Shown here: piece by piece, positions 37,362 through 46,494 of the stretch
Layout: the number at the start of each line of letters is the position of its first letter
Numbering within the stretch: the stretch's first letter is position 1
Assembly: GCA_964413265.1 (NCBI GenBank)
Contig: CAYPRX010000037.1
Span: 140,220 to 204,219, forward strand
Reading direction: 5' to 3'
DNA: 64,000 nucleotides
From: an uncultured Brevinematales bacterium
GTDB taxonomy: Bacteria; Spirochaetota; Brevinematia; Brevinematales; JAOACQ01
Made by a program: the position numbers and the translations under genes
Notes under the pieces: model-generated
Database searches by the model: none
What the model was told of the DNA's origin: nothing
The model's input: only the letters and a program-made list of their open reading frames with translations

Positions 37362-38417
37362 TTACAATAGACTTTTAACCCATTCTCTTTTTTCAATAAG
37401 GGCGCAGCCTGAAACTTCGCTTAATTTTTCATGGCTCTCCCTGATCCTTCTCAGGAATACTGATCTCAAAGCATCTTTCAGCGAACTTTTTTTCAGGTTT
37501 GAATCAGAAAAAGGAGAAAAGGGGCAGGGTTCAAGCGAGCCGTCTGCGCTAATGTGAATAAAACCCCTCCCGGCTGAAAGACAGCCTCCATACTGCTCTT
37601 CTTCACCGGGAAATTCGATGAAAATGCCCGGTAATGATTTTCGAAGGCTTTCAACTCTCTCAAGAAAAGCCGTTTTATCATTTTGATTTAAGGGGGTGAA
37701 GGATTTGCTATCATCGAAGGGCTGGTATTCTACAAATATAAAAACACGAGCGCCATTATTGTAAAGATCTCTTATGAAGGATAATTCCGTCAGTAATTCA
37801 AAATTTTCAACTGTTGCAGTCATGGAATGACCGAATAATATTCCTGATTTATTGAGTATTTGCGCCGCTTTTTTTACTTTTTCATAAACACCATTGCCTC
37901 GCCTGTAATCGGTTTCGATATTCCCACCTTCAAGGCTGAGAATAGGAATGATGTTTTTCTGCTTTTTCCAGGCTGAGGCATGCTTTTCATTAATCAATAT
38001 TCCATTTGTAAACAGGGGGAAAAGAATCTCAGGAAAATCGATTGTAGTCCCGAGAATATCCTGCCTTGTCATCGGTTCCCCACCGCTGATAAATACAATT
38101 CTGGAACCGATCTCTGTTGCCTCATAAAGAATTTTTAAGAAGATCTCTCTTTCCATGTCATTACCGGAGGTGTTTTCCCTCTGGCTGTTATAGCATCCAG
38201 AACATTTCAGATTACAGCGGTTAGTAATACTGGCTATCAAAACAGGTGGTACTTCAAGCCCTCTTTTTTTCCAGTATCTTCTCTGCCTGATTCCTTTAAC
38301 CTGGCTGAGCAGAGTTTTGAGTGTAAAAGGGAGATAATTCGGTAAGGTAAAGGAAATACTGATCAAATTCCTGAAAAATTTGATAATATTGTTATCGAGG
38401 GTCCTCTTATAGTCCAT
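37362..38417 (-). CDS. radical SAM enzyme with C-terminal Cys-containing (twitch/SPASM-like) region
   Basis: CNLKCSGCY (CX3CX2C), GGEPM, and C-terminal GGCLSAGRGFIHISADGSLEPCPF...SGCAL. The start is ambiguous. Met51 (38417) avoids overlap with the kinase gene; the longest form reaches 38567. Confidence 0.8.
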   Translation of the reverse strand: MDYKRTLDNNIIKFFRNLISISFTLPNYLPFTLKTLLSQVKGIRQRRYWKKRGLEVPPVLIASITNRCNLKCSGCYNSQRENTSGNDMEREIFLKILYEATEIGSRIVFISGGEPMTRQDILGTTIDFPEILFPLFTNGILINEKHASAWKKQKNIIPILSLEGGNIETDYRRGNGVYEKVKKAAQILNKSGILFGHSMTATVENFELLTELSFIRDLYNNGARVFIFVEYQPFDDSKSFTPLNQNDKTAFLERVESLRKSLPGIFIEFPGEEEQYGGCLSAGRGFIHISADGSLEPCPFSPFSDSNLKKSSLKDALRSVFLRRIRESHEKLSEVSGCALIEKREWVKSLL

Positions 38418-38502
38418 ATGATTCTCTATTAAAGGGCATATTAAAAATCTCCTGACTATATTATGCCATTTTTTTATTACATTTTCAAAAAAATTGATTG
38501 TC

Positions 38503-39465
38503 TCAGCAAACAAATCTGGCATGCAGTCCCGCCGGAAATTCAAGAGTAATCCGGGTACCATTTGCACGCTCGATTCGAACTGTCCCGTTTAACTGTCTGG
38601 TCAGCATTTCCACCAATTTTAAACCCATACCATTTGAATATTCAAAATTTATTGATTCGGGTATACCTTGTCCGTTATCTTCTATGATCAAGTAAATGCG
38701 ATGATCTTTTATAAAAGCTGAAACCTTAATTAAACAGTCTTTTTTATCGGTAAAAGCGTATTTCATAATATTTGTTAGAAGCTCATTGATAATGATTCCC
38801 ATAGATTGGGTCCTTTTTGCATCCAGAATTAATTCATTGATTTTAGTTTCAAGTTTTATGTATGAACTGTTCGGGAAATTACCGATTATCTTATCAATAA
38901 GAGACAGAATGTATTCTTTTACCGGAATATCATTATAATTAGGAGATTTATACAATCTATCATATAAAACTTCCATATTCTGTACCCGATTTTTGACATC
39001 TATTATAGCCTCGATGACTTCCGGTTCTTTCACAATTGCCTGCTTAAGACTTAGTAGACCGTTTATAGTGTTCAAATTATTCTTTATACGGTGATGCACT
39101 TCTTTGAGTATAAGTTCTTTTTCATTAAGGTTTAGTTTCAGTCTTGTTAATAAAAAAATAATGAAATTATACATTAACAGTTTTGTCGCTATATTGATGA
39201 TAAAGATGATAAAATCCTTGTCAGCTAAATAAAAGTGATACTTTATTGCCGACCATTCAGCAACGCAGAGAATTGACAGCAAGATTGCGTAATACAAACC
39301 TGAATACCAGCAAACTGCCACTATGGGAAGCAGATAGACAAGTGTGAAAGTGATATCCGGTCCAAATATTTTGTAGTCGACAAAAAAGATCACTAAAGAT
39401 GTGATTATTCCTGAAAGAAAGATCATCAGCCGGTATATAATATTATTGTTTTTAAAAATCTGCAT
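38503..39465 (-). CDS. sensor histidine kinase, HisKA_2 type, with polytopic (DUF4118-like) N-terminal membrane domain
   Basis: 320 aa. About 4 TM, H-box EVHHRIKNNLNTINGLL, ATPase motifs INELLTNIMKYAF, DNGQGIP, GMGLKLV. Confidence 0.85.
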   Translation of the reverse strand: MQIFKNNNIIYRLMIFLSGIITSLVIFFVDYKIFGPDITFTLVYLLPIVAVCWYSGLYYAILLSILCVAEWSAIKYHFYLADKDFIIFIINIATKLLMYNFIIFLLTRLKLNLNEKELILKEVHHRIKNNLNTINGLLSLKQAIVKEPEVIEAIIDVKNRVQNMEVLYDRLYKSPNYNDIPVKEYILSLIDKIIGNFPNSSYIKLETKINELILDAKRTQSMGIIINELLTNIMKYAFTDKKDCLIKVSAFIKDHRIYLIIEDNGQGIPESINFEYSNGMGLKLVEMLTRQLNGTVRIERANGTRITLEFPAGLHARFVC

Positions 39466-39722
39466 AATTAAACCCCTTATTATTCATATTATTCATATCC
39501 TATACCAATAATATTTTTATTACGGGAAAAATGTAAATTCGAACTTATAAATTTTAGAAGAAATTTATATTTTTTGATCAGGAAAATTTACTGAATTTGA
39601 TATTATGACCTAGGGAATTTCAACTGATTTTTTCAAAAATCATAAGGTTTTATTACTTATTTGGATTATTGAAAAGAATATAATGCTTCATAAATCATGT
39701 TTATAAATAATCACCTCTTTTG

Positions 39723-39749
39723 TTTAATTTTTTTTTAATTGTCCGATAT
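39723..39749 (+). promoter_or_regulatory. weak sigma28-like promoter candidate upstream of flgN
   Basis: tCCGATAt at 39742-39749 matches GCCGATAA at 6 of 8 positions. The -35 is poor (TTTA at N15). It lies about 80 nt upstream of the flgN ATG. Confidence 0.25.
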
Positions 39750-39828
39750 AAATTAATGCATGCCGGAAAATAATTTTTCTCGCCTGCGTTTAACAGGGAT
39801 GTTAAAATAATAACCAAGGAGGGTTAAT

Positions 39829-40341
39829 ATGGGACCGGCAATGGATTACCTCAAATCTTTCAAGGAGTTATTGAAACTCGAGTCAAATTATCTATCAAAT
39901 CTGGTTTCCCAGGAAGAGGATAAGTATGAAGCTTTAAAGCAGGTCGATGTCGAGAACCTTATGAGGATTAACAACGAGGAGGAAGATATTCTTCACAGGC
40001 TGGCATCCGTCGAAAGAAAAAGAAAGGAATTAATTCATACCCTTTCAAAGATTTTCAAATTCGATCAGAACTTAACGCTGACTGAACTTTTCAACTATAT
40101 CTGCGGCGATGGAGATGAAGCTATAAAAAAGGATCTTATGAAGCTCAGGACATCAATAAAACAGGAAATCGAGAAACTCCAGATTTCCCTGCAGGAAAAT
40201 TCTCATATTATACAGGCCAATCTGGAAATTATCGGATTAACATTAAATTTCGCCAACAGAAATGCTCAAAAGGAAACTTATGATTACAGGAACAAAAAGG
40301 AAAGCAAAGAAAGCATTTATTTGATCAACCAGTTGGCATAG
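39829..40341 (+). CDS. flgN: FlgN-family flagellar export chaperone
   Basis: 170 aa, helical. SD AAGGAGGG. It lies directly upstream of flgK-flgL, with N-terminal texture LLKLESNYLSNLVSQEEDKYEALK typical of FlgN. Confidence 0.7.
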   Translation: MGPAMDYLKSFKELLKLESNYLSNLVSQEEDKYEALKQVDVENLMRINNEEEDILHRLASVERKRKELIHTLSKIFKFDQNLTLTELFNYICGDGDEAIKKDLMKLRTSIKQEIEKLQISLQENSHIIQANLEIIGLTLNFANRNAQKETYDYRNKKESKESIYLINQLA

Positions 40342-40350
40342 GAGTAAATT

Positions 40351-42252
40351 ATGCTGTCAACATTCTCCGGTATCGAGATCGGGAAAAAGGGTCTTATCGC
40401 AAATAACGCTGGTCTGGAAGTCACCGGTCATAACCTTTCAAACATTGAAACTGAGGGCTATTCACGCCAGAAGGTCAATCTTACTACTTTCATCCCCATC
40501 TACGAACCGAGTGCTAATCGTGTAGAAACTCCGGGGCAATACGGTACAGGTGTGGTAGTTGAAGACATTCAGAGGGTAAGGGACCAGGCCATTGACGACA
40601 GAATTAATTTTGAAAAAGGCGGTCTTGGGTTCTGGGACATGAAACAGCAGTTTCTGCATCTTATAGAAATGGTCCACAATGAACCTAACAGGCCTAATAT
40701 CAGAACAGTTATGGATGAATACTGGGAAAGCTGGCAGAAAGTTGCTTCCGATCCAACGGAAAGGGCTTCAAGAGAAGAATTGGTTCAGAGAACAAAATTA
40801 CTTTCAGAAACTTTCAAACACACATACGAATCACTTTCCGATCTGAGAAAAAATGCGAACAACCTTATCGATCAGAGGATAAATGATATAAATCATATGG
40901 CCAGGGAAATTGCTTCGCTGAATACCCAGATAGTTAAGTCCGAGACAATGGGGGATAAACCGAATGATCTGTATGATAAAAGAGACCTTTTAGTTGAAAA
41001 ATTGTCAAAAATCGTCGATATCAGGGTTGAAAGAAACAACAAACATGAATTAATCGTTTATATTGACAGTGAAAACCTCGTTCAGGGTGATATCTCGCAT
41101 GAAATTTCCGGTGTTGGAAATCCCGCTAATGAGGGATATTTGGATGCAGTCTGGGATGACGGAAGGAAAGTGAAACTCGGTACTGGTGAACTTGCAGGTC
41201 TTTTCTCTGCTCGTGACGATGATCTGAAAAGTGCAATACAAAACATTGATTCACTTGCCATAAACCTGACCGACGCTACAAATGAAATACACAGGGACGG
41301 CTTCGGTCTTAATCTATCTACTAACAATGATTTTTTCAAAACCCTTCCAATCTCTCCCTATGCGAACGGAAATTATGATTTCAACAATACCGGACAGGTT
41401 AATGGAACTGCATTATTTAAAGTCAGCGGAACTGAAAAGATTAACGAATCAACTGTTATCGGAAGTTCAGGAACTATTAATTTCGGACCTTCCGATGTTA
41501 ACGGACCTGATATCACGATAGACTATAAACCCGGCGATAAGGTCAAAGATGTGATGGATAGGATAAATCAATCTGATGCAGGGGTTGTCGCATATCTTAA
41601 TCACAGGAATGAGCTGACCTTTAAGGCGAGATACCCTCATTCAGATAATTATCCAGCTTTTACGCTCAGGCATATTGAGGACAGTGGAAATTTTCTTGTT
41701 GGAATAACAGGGATGCTGTCGGCTTCTGGAAATACTGGAGCCTTTGATTTTCACACTATAGGTGATATTGTTAAATTTAATGTCCCTGCTTTCAATATTT
41801 CACTGACACCTGAAAAACATCCATCGGCCTGGATCAATATCGATGATAAAATAACAGCTAATCCCGACAATATAGCTGCTTCGTCCGGCCTTGATACTAC
41901 AGGTAGCGGCAAGCCGGATAAGATGAACGGCATAAGCGATAACAGAACCGCCCTAGCAATAGCTGGACTCAGACAGAAGCCTGTTATGTTTGAGACCCAT
42001 TCTACCATGGGTGATTTTTTAAAATGGATGATCGGAGATATTGGCACGCGTTCGGAATCGGCTAAGATAAATATGGATAAAAACGGGGCTGTTGTGAACA
42101 GCCTGGTAAATCTCAGGCAGGAAATCAGCGGGGTTAATATTGATGAGGAATTGACAAAGATGCTCATGTTCCAGCATGGATATAATGCATCTGCAAGGCT
42201 CGTCAGCACAGTTGACAGGATGCTCGATACTCTAATCCATATGGGAGCTTAG
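40351..42252 (+). CDS. flgK: flagellar hook-associated protein 1
   Basis: 633 aa. N-terminal MLSTFSGIEIGKKGL...TGHNLSNIETEGYSRQ and C-terminal ...LTKMLMFQHGYNASARLVSTVDRMLDTL. Confidence 0.9.
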   Translation: MLSTFSGIEIGKKGLIANNAGLEVTGHNLSNIETEGYSRQKVNLTTFIPIYEPSANRVETPGQYGTGVVVEDIQRVRDQAIDDRINFEKGGLGFWDMKQQFLHLIEMVHNEPNRPNIRTVMDEYWESWQKVASDPTERASREELVQRTKLLSETFKHTYESLSDLRKNANNLIDQRINDINHMAREIASLNTQIVKSETMGDKPNDLYDKRDLLVEKLSKIVDIRVERNNKHELIVYIDSENLVQGDISHEISGVGNPANEGYLDAVWDDGRKVKLGTGELAGLFSARDDDLKSAIQNIDSLAINLTDATNEIHRDGFGLNLSTNNDFFKTLPISPYANGNYDFNNTGQVNGTALFKVSGTEKINESTVIGSSGTINFGPSDVNGPDITIDYKPGDKVKDVMDRINQSDAGVVAYLNHRNELTFKARYPHSDNYPAFTLRHIEDSGNFLVGITGMLSASGNTGAFDFHTIGDIVKFNVPAFNISLTPEKHPSAWINIDDKITANPDNIAASSGLDTTGSGKPDKMNGISDNRTALAIAGLRQKPVMFETHSTMGDFLKWMIGDIGTRSESAKINMDKNGAVVNSLVNLRQEISGVNIDEELTKMLMFQHGYNASARLVSTVDRMLDTLIHMGA

Positions 42253-42261
42253 GAGGCGTTT

Positions 42262-43512
42262 ATGATAGGAAGAGTTACACAGGGATACATGGTCAATGAT
42301 TTCAATAATAATCTACATGCAAGAGAAGAAGAACTTCAGAAAGCACAGAATAAGTTATCAAGCGGATACAGGGTAAACCTGCCTAGTGAAGATCCAGTCG
42401 CTACAATAAACTATATGGACTATGACAGCCGTCTTAAAGAGATCAGCACCTATCAATCAATAATTAACAATGCAAAGGCAAAAATCAACATGATTGATTC
42501 GTCTCTTGAGAGCGTAACTTCCGTTATCCACAGACTGAGGGAACTCGCTGTTCAGGGTGCAAACGGCATATATTCAAAAGAAGAAAGACAGAATATGGCT
42601 GTCGAGGTTGATCAGCTCCTGAGGGAAATTCTCCAGCAGTCAAATTCGTATTATAAAGACAATGCACTCTTCGGCGGCACAATGACCGACGAGGCACCAT
42701 TCAAGGCGGTTACGGGAACAGATCCTGAAACTGGAGAAGAGTTTCTCCAGGAAGTTCGGTATATCGGCAACAATCAATCCCAGATAGTCGAAGCGGACAG
42801 GGGAGAAAAGATCGAAATTGATCAGCCTGGAAACCAGATATTCTGGTCTGATAATATGCAGATCTATTCAACTGTATCATCATCCGGTTATACTGCAGCG
42901 AGAGACTCGAAAATTCTGATTGATGGAAATACAGTAGAAATTAAAACAGGCGACAATCTGGACATAATAGCCGATAAGATAAATAATTCAGGTGCAGCGG
43001 TCAGGGCTTCAATTCAGACAAAGGGTGACCAAAGTTATTTTGCAATTGAAAGCAATTCCCCTCATCAGATATCCCTTATTGACTATGAAGGCGGTACAGT
43101 CCTTCAGGATCTGGGTTTAATTGATCATGGAATGATTCCTCCTTATAACTATTCACCATCAGCCAGGGTTTTTACCGGCAGCATTTTTGATGCTGTGATA
43201 CAGTTCCGTAAATCCCTCCAGGCTGATAATATTTTTCAGATCGGCGGTACGGCCTTAGCACAGATTGACAGTTCACTGGATAATATTCTTAAATTCCGTG
43301 CTCACATGGGAGCAGTATCTCAAAGGCTAGATTCAATTAACGATAGATTCGGCAGCGATGAAATATATCTTACAGACGCGAAAGATAAATCGACAGGGAC
43401 AGATATTTCCCTTACCATGACTGAGATGAAAATGCTTGAATTCTCACATGATGTAGCTCTAAATATAGGGGCAAGGATATTGCCTAGAACACTGCTGGAC
43501 TTTTTGAGATAA
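42262..43512 (+). CDS. flgL: flagellar hook-associated protein 3
   Basis: 416 aa. Flagellin-like N-terminus (KLSSGYRVNLPSEDPVA) and C-terminus (RAHMGAVSQRLDS). Confidence 0.85.
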   Translation: MIGRVTQGYMVNDFNNNLHAREEELQKAQNKLSSGYRVNLPSEDPVATINYMDYDSRLKEISTYQSIINNAKAKINMIDSSLESVTSVIHRLRELAVQGANGIYSKEERQNMAVEVDQLLREILQQSNSYYKDNALFGGTMTDEAPFKAVTGTDPETGEEFLQEVRYIGNNQSQIVEADRGEKIEIDQPGNQIFWSDNMQIYSTVSSSGYTAARDSKILIDGNTVEIKTGDNLDIIADKINNSGAAVRASIQTKGDQSYFAIESNSPHQISLIDYEGGTVLQDLGLIDHGMIPPYNYSPSARVFTGSIFDAVIQFRKSLQADNIFQIGGTALAQIDSSLDNILKFRAHMGAVSQRLDSINDRFGSDEIYLTDAKDKSTGTDISLTMTEMKMLEFSHDVALNIGARILPRTLLDFLR

Positions 43513-43639
43513 TTTGATTTAATTAAAATATAAATTATTGATGAAAAAAGCTGTTTGATTTTTTAGTCATTAATCCTTTAATTATTTGTATATTTCAATC
43601 AAAAGTTTTAAAGTATAATGGTTATAAACGGAGGAAACC

Positions 43640-44122
43640 GTGGAAACGATTAAAACTAAAGCTTACGGTGAAATCAAGGTAGCTGAAGATTCTGCGATCA
43701 ACTTTAAACGAGAGATCCTTGGTTTTGAAAACTACCAGTATTATTATCTTATAGAAATGGGCGACCTTCCAAACTTTTACTGGCTGCAGTCAAAGGATGA
43801 ATCCGAACTGGCCTTTATTGTCGTCAATCCAAGGTTATTCAAGGCGGATTATAAGCTGGAAATCGACGATATTGATAAAAGTCTTCTGGAGATAGAGGAA
43901 GGAAACGATTTAATAGATTTTGTAATTGTCAATATACCTGAGGACATCAATAAAATGACAATGAACCTTCTCGGCCCTATCGTGATTAATGTTAATAAGA
44001 GGATTGCCATCCAGGGCATTTCCCTGAATAATGACTATGGAACAAAAGTCAGGATATTTAACACGGAAGATACTGCATTATCTCAGGATGGTCAGGAACA
44101 AGCAAAAGCTGCCAAAATATAA
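43640..44122 (+). CDS. fliW: flagellar assembly factor FliW
   Basis: GTG start with SD GGAGGA. IKTKAYGEIKVAEDSAINFKREILGFENYQYYYL...NLLGPIVIN is the FliW pattern. A TATAAT lies at 43614-43619 just upstream. Confidence 0.9.
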   Translation: METIKTKAYGEIKVAEDSAINFKREILGFENYQYYYLIEMGDLPNFYWLQSKDESELAFIVVNPRLFKADYKLEIDDIDKSLLEIEEGNDLIDFVIVNIPEDINKMTMNLLGPIVINVNKRIAIQGISLNNDYGTKVRIFNTEDTALSQDGQEQAKAAKI

Positions 44123-44136
44123 GAAGGGGATAAAGG

Positions 44137-44382
44137 GTGCTGGTTTTATCTAGACGTGAAGATGAATCTATTATCATAAATGATGATATTGAAATTAAAG
44201 TCATAGGCGTCAAACAGGATCAGGTTAAAATCGGAATAGTAGCCCCTAAAAATGTAAAAATATTCAGAAAAGAGATCTATGACGAGATACAGAGTGCTAA
44301 TATAGCTGCGGCAAGAGCAGCCGAAAAGGTTGTAAATTTAAAAGAAGCACTGTCCCAGAAAGAAAAAAAGGGGGAAATATGA
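44137..44382 (+). CDS. csrA: carbon storage regulator CsrA (FliW-partnered type)
   Basis: GTG start. MLVLSRREDESIIINDDIEIKVIGVKQDQVKIGIVAPKNVKIFRKEIY. Confidence 0.95.
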   Translation: MLVLSRREDESIIINDDIEIKVIGVKQDQVKIGIVAPKNVKIFRKEIYDEIQSANIAAARAAEKVVNLKEALSQKEKKGEI

Positions 44383-44600
44383 TCAGCAAGGAAAAGCTGG
44401 CAATGCTTCAATTTTATAATAGAGGATTGGAATTATACCGGCAGAGGAAGTTTGTAGAATCCAAGGAACTTTTTAAAAAATGTCTTGAAATATTGCCGGG
44501 TGACGGACCATCGAGAATTTATATTGAAAGGTGTGAAACTTTTATTAAAGACCCTCCTCCGCCGGACTGGGATGGGGTATTTGTAATGACAACAAAATAA
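44379..44600 (+). CDS. small TPR-like protein translationally coupled to csrA
   Basis: 73 aa. The ATG overlaps the csrA stop (ATGA) and SD AAGGGGG lies upstream. Sequence YNRGLELYRQRKFVESKELFKKCLEILPGDGPSRIYIERCETFIKDPPPPDWDGVFVMTTK. Confidence 0.55.
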   Translation: MISKEKLAMLQFYNRGLELYRQRKFVESKELFKKCLEILPGDGPSRIYIERCETFIKDPPPPDWDGVFVMTTK

Positions 44601-44629
44601 GGAGGAATTAATAATAAGGAGGGATCAAT

Positions 44630-44980
44630 ATGCCTCAAAATATAGATCCATATAGGGATTATCCAACTACAACCACTCTCAGCAATACTTCTCTTTTTGA
44701 TGGAATAATCCATTTCAAGAACTCACTGCGGATCGATGGGGATTATAGCGGCAAGGTCGATGCAGAAGGACTTCTCGTTCTCGGCCCTAAGTCAAGGATG
44801 AAAGGAGATATAATCTGCGACGAAGTAATCATTGGCGGAGAAGTCAGAGGCAATGTTATTGCAAGGAAACGCCTGGAACTCCTGGAATCGGCAAAACTTT
44901 ATGGAGATATAAAAACAGCTAAATTAAAAATAGCGGACGGAGTTATTTTTGAGGGTCAGTGTGAAATGGTCCAAAAATGA
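44630..44980 (+). CDS. bactofilin (polymer-forming cytoskeletal protein)
   Basis: 116 aa, SD AAGGAGGG. Beta-helical repeat texture: LRIDGDYSGKVDAEGLLVLGPKSRMKGDIICDEVIIGGEVRGNVIARKRLELLESAKLYGDIKTAKLKIADGVIFEG. Confidence 0.85.
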   Translation: MPQNIDPYRDYPTTTTLSNTSLFDGIIHFKNSLRIDGDYSGKVDAEGLLVLGPKSRMKGDIICDEVIIGGEVRGNVIARKRLELLESAKLYGDIKTAKLKIADGVIFEGQCEMVQK

Positions 44981-45008
44981 TCAATCAGCTCATGATAAGT
45001 TTCAGAGG

Positions 45009-46346
45009 CTATTTGACGGCATCCCATATTTTTATGTTATTAACGGTGGAGAATCCTCCAAAGTCAGCTTCGAACCCAACATAGCCCTTTTCAAGCCTTT
45101 CATCTTCCATTCCTGCAAGAAACTGGTCGTTCATATAGAAATCAAACTTTGATCCGTATGCAACTATCTTGAAATGATTAAGACCAGTGCCGGTGTTTAT
45201 AGCGGGAGTTCCCTGCAGCGGCAACAGATTGAAAAGCTGTCCCAGATAATAGAGATAAATGCCGTACTGGCCCTGGCTATGCCAGTAAAGAGAGTAGCTG
45301 AGGGATTGAATATACTCACCGTTACTGCGGAAGAGAACCTCGAAACGGTTATATGTCGAATTGATCTTTTTGAATTCTATATCGCCTTCCATAATAAAGT
45401 TCTGCAGGTTATTATAGGGTAAAGGATAAAAGGTATATACGTGTCCGGAATTTATATTTGTTGCACACAGGCTGAGCTTGCCGTCTACATAACTTTCCCC
45501 GCAGTTGTATGTAACTGACAGGTATTTTTTCTTCTTCATATCGTCATCAAGAATCAAATTTCCCTTTTTTACGTCCTGCAGAAGCGGAGTTTTCGAAATC
45601 TGTGTTTCTCTTGCCGGGATAGGTTCCGGTGATACAATATCTCCCTTCTGAATAACTATGTCAGGGTTTTCGAGGGATTCTACACTTGTTTTAGACCTTC
45701 CACCCATTGAACCGGTTACCCTGAGAATACCCAGACGTTTTTCCTCCTGATAGAGTATCTCTTTATTATCCCCATATGTTATATCGTTTCTTGCGAGAAA
45801 AATTCTCTCCCCAATTTTTATACCATCATTTTCACCTAGATTAATTATGATATTATCGCCAGCCTTGCCCAGTACTTCACCGAGGAGTGGATACTTGGCT
45901 ATTATCTCCGCTGCACAGTAACGTCCATCCGATTCGGCACTGTAGTTTAGAAATGAAATTTCTCTGGAAATTTCAACCTGAGAGGTCTTTACATCGATAA
46001 TCTGGAAAAAAATGGCAACCTGATTTGATGCTTTCAAATATATCTTGGAAGTTATGAGTTTATCTGCACTGAGGAGCTCTCCGATTTTCATAATATTGTT
46101 CTTATTTTCCACAAGACCGGAAAGTTCCAGTTTATTTTCCGATAGAATCGTGTTCAGTCTTTCGCGGTCCACTATATTGAATTTTTTTGAATTGACAAGA
46201 TTACCGTAAAAGCTGTTAAAGCCGGAATCTGTTTCAAATTTGCTGACACCCTCTTCAGACATCGGAAGCATAACAAAGGTTATTTTCGCAAAGGATATTC
46301 CGGAAATAACAATAAATAACAATGACAATAAAAACATTTTAAACAT
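45009..46346 (-). CDS. secreted protein, CsgG/LpoB-like N-terminal region and lectin/DUF1080-like C-terminal region
   Basis: 445 aa with a signal peptide. N-terminal KFNIVDRERLNTILSENKLELSGLV pattern. C-terminal ...FKIVAYGSKFDFYMNDQFLAG...GYVGFEADFGGFSTVNNIKIWD. The domain calls are tentative. Confidence 0.5.
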   Translation of the reverse strand: MFKMFLLSLLFIVISGISFAKITFVMLPMSEEGVSKFETDSGFNSFYGNLVNSKKFNIVDRERLNTILSENKLELSGLVENKNNIMKIGELLSADKLITSKIYLKASNQVAIFFQIIDVKTSQVEISREISFLNYSAESDGRYCAAEIIAKYPLLGEVLGKAGDNIIINLGENDGIKIGERIFLARNDITYGDNKEILYQEEKRLGILRVTGSMGGRSKTSVESLENPDIVIQKGDIVSPEPIPARETQISKTPLLQDVKKGNLILDDDMKKKKYLSVTYNCGESYVDGKLSLCATNINSGHVYTFYPLPYNNLQNFIMEGDIEFKKINSTYNRFEVLFRSNGEYIQSLSYSLYWHSQGQYGIYLYYLGQLFNLLPLQGTPAINTGTGLNHFKIVAYGSKFDFYMNDQFLAGMEDERLEKGYVGFEADFGGFSTVNNIKIWDAVK

Positions 46347-46494
46347 CTGATTTCCTCCTCATTTATAAGCGTAAAAAATGGTCATATAACAGGAGATTAT
46401 ATATAATAGAAAAAATTTCCGCAAAAAAATACATACACTGTCCCTATTGCGTTTTTCAGGCGGCAAATTATAATTACTCATATGGTATTACTGA

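Noticed and set aside
39481-39498. Tandem 9-nt duplication, TATTCATAT x2, just upstream of the HisKA_2 kinase start. I considered it as a possible repeat array or operator.
   Set aside because: Only two short copies in very AT-rich DNA, with no spacer structure. It is not a CRISPR or iteron array, and slippage is the most likely origin.
39466-39828. 363-bp AT-rich region between the kinase gene and flgN, searched for an flgM (anti-sigma28) gene or another small ORF.
   Set aside because: All frames are broken by frequent stops, and the longest reading frames are under 10 codons. It is most simply a divergent promoter region.
43513-43639. 127-nt flgL-fliW spacer, considered as a terminator/attenuator or CsrA-titrating RNA.
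   Set aside because: I found no convincing GC-rich hairpin and no cluster of GGA motifs. The only feature is a TATAAT at 43614-43619 that may be an internal fliW-csrA promoter, which is too weakly supported (poor -35) to list as a feature.
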